Source: Amycolatopsis sp. (GTDB lineage: Bacteria; Actinomycetota; Actinomycetes; Mycobacteriales; Pseudonocardiaceae). From it: a stretch of 64,000 nucleotides of DNA. Below are positions 63,875-64,000 of the stretch, one piece after another. Within the stretch, counting starts at the first letter, position 1, and every line of letters starts with the position of its first letter. Both the position numbers and the translations under genes were made by a program. Location: contig NZ_DATELF010000096.1 of NCBI RefSeq assembly GCF_035276945.1, forward strand, positions 24,933 to 88,932, in the 5' to 3' direction. Below the pieces are notes generated by a model. It was not told where the DNA came from. It saw only the letters and a program-made list of their open reading frames with translations, and searched no databases.

Positions 63875-64000
63875 CGACCGCGATGTTGTCCGACGCGTAC
63901 CAGGTCCCGTTCGTCAACCGGTTGCCGTCCTTGCCGGTCACCACGGTCGGATCGCCGGGAAGCGCGGTGAATCCGCTCGACAGCGCACTGGTGCGCAAGT
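63774..64000 (-). CDS. Hypothetical protein, C-terminal fragment (continues beyond the window)
   Basis: High GC3 in this frame, and the stop is at 63774. I recognise no family from the last 74 aa. Confidence 0.4.
   Translation of the reverse strand, partial: LRTSALSSGFTALPGDPTVVTGKDGNRLTNGTWYASDNIAVVIWVSQPATLEAVRLSQHLGQTRSSLQEALPAR

Overview
High-GC (~70%) actinobacterial chromosomal window. Gene order and protein sequences look Pseudonocardiaceae/Amycolatopsis-like, but that is inference only, since no database search was possible. All product calls come from motifs and family resemblance in the supplied translations.

**1-14 kb:** the conserved oriC-proximal cell-division and cell-wall signalling block. 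It holds a rhomboid fragment, a PH-domain membrane protein, crgA, a class E sortase, a small membrane peptide and trpG, followed by an inserted ABC pair. Then come pknB-pknA-pbpA-rodA-pstP-fhaB-fhaA and tRNA-Leu(CAG).

**14-38 kb:** an accessory and metabolic patchwork.
- A dehydratase/LysR pair and an FKBP gene.
- A gene-decay tract at 17-21.5 kb: XRE and B3/4 remnants, and a collapsed peptide-ABC operon whose ATPase remnant is split by an ISAzo13-type IS with a CTAA duplication.
- An ALDH-SDR-amidase operon and a 571-aa orphan protein.
- A malyl-CoA-lyase/CitE pair.
- A Ser/Thr kinase with an RsiV-like ectodomain.
- An ALO-type oxidase, a DSD1-like enzyme, and TetR-GH1-MFS.

**38.4-41.9 kb:** a four-gene module bracketed by an identical AT-rich 11-mer. 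It has two small unknown proteins (one with a Cys4 motif), an XRE-HTH/TPR regulator and an APH-like kinase. This is my best candidate for an undescribed system.

**42-64 kb:**
- A ycnI-copC-copD copper locus and a yehWXYZ/osmF-type osmoprotectant ABC operon.
- A TM0106-type RecB-like nuclease flanked by a 40-bp direct repeat pair upstream and a 22-bp iteron-like tandem array downstream.
- A surface-glycan locus: ugd, a NarL-type two-component system, an AlgX-like SGNH protein, a methyltransferase, a 1060-aa methyltransferase/coiled-coil/GT2/GT4 fusion and an acyltransferase-3.

Other non-coding signals include perfect DnaA boxes at two sites and a small family of G5-CAAG-C5 hairpins. No rRNA or CRISPR was seen. 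The many long antisense ORFs are high-GC artefacts.
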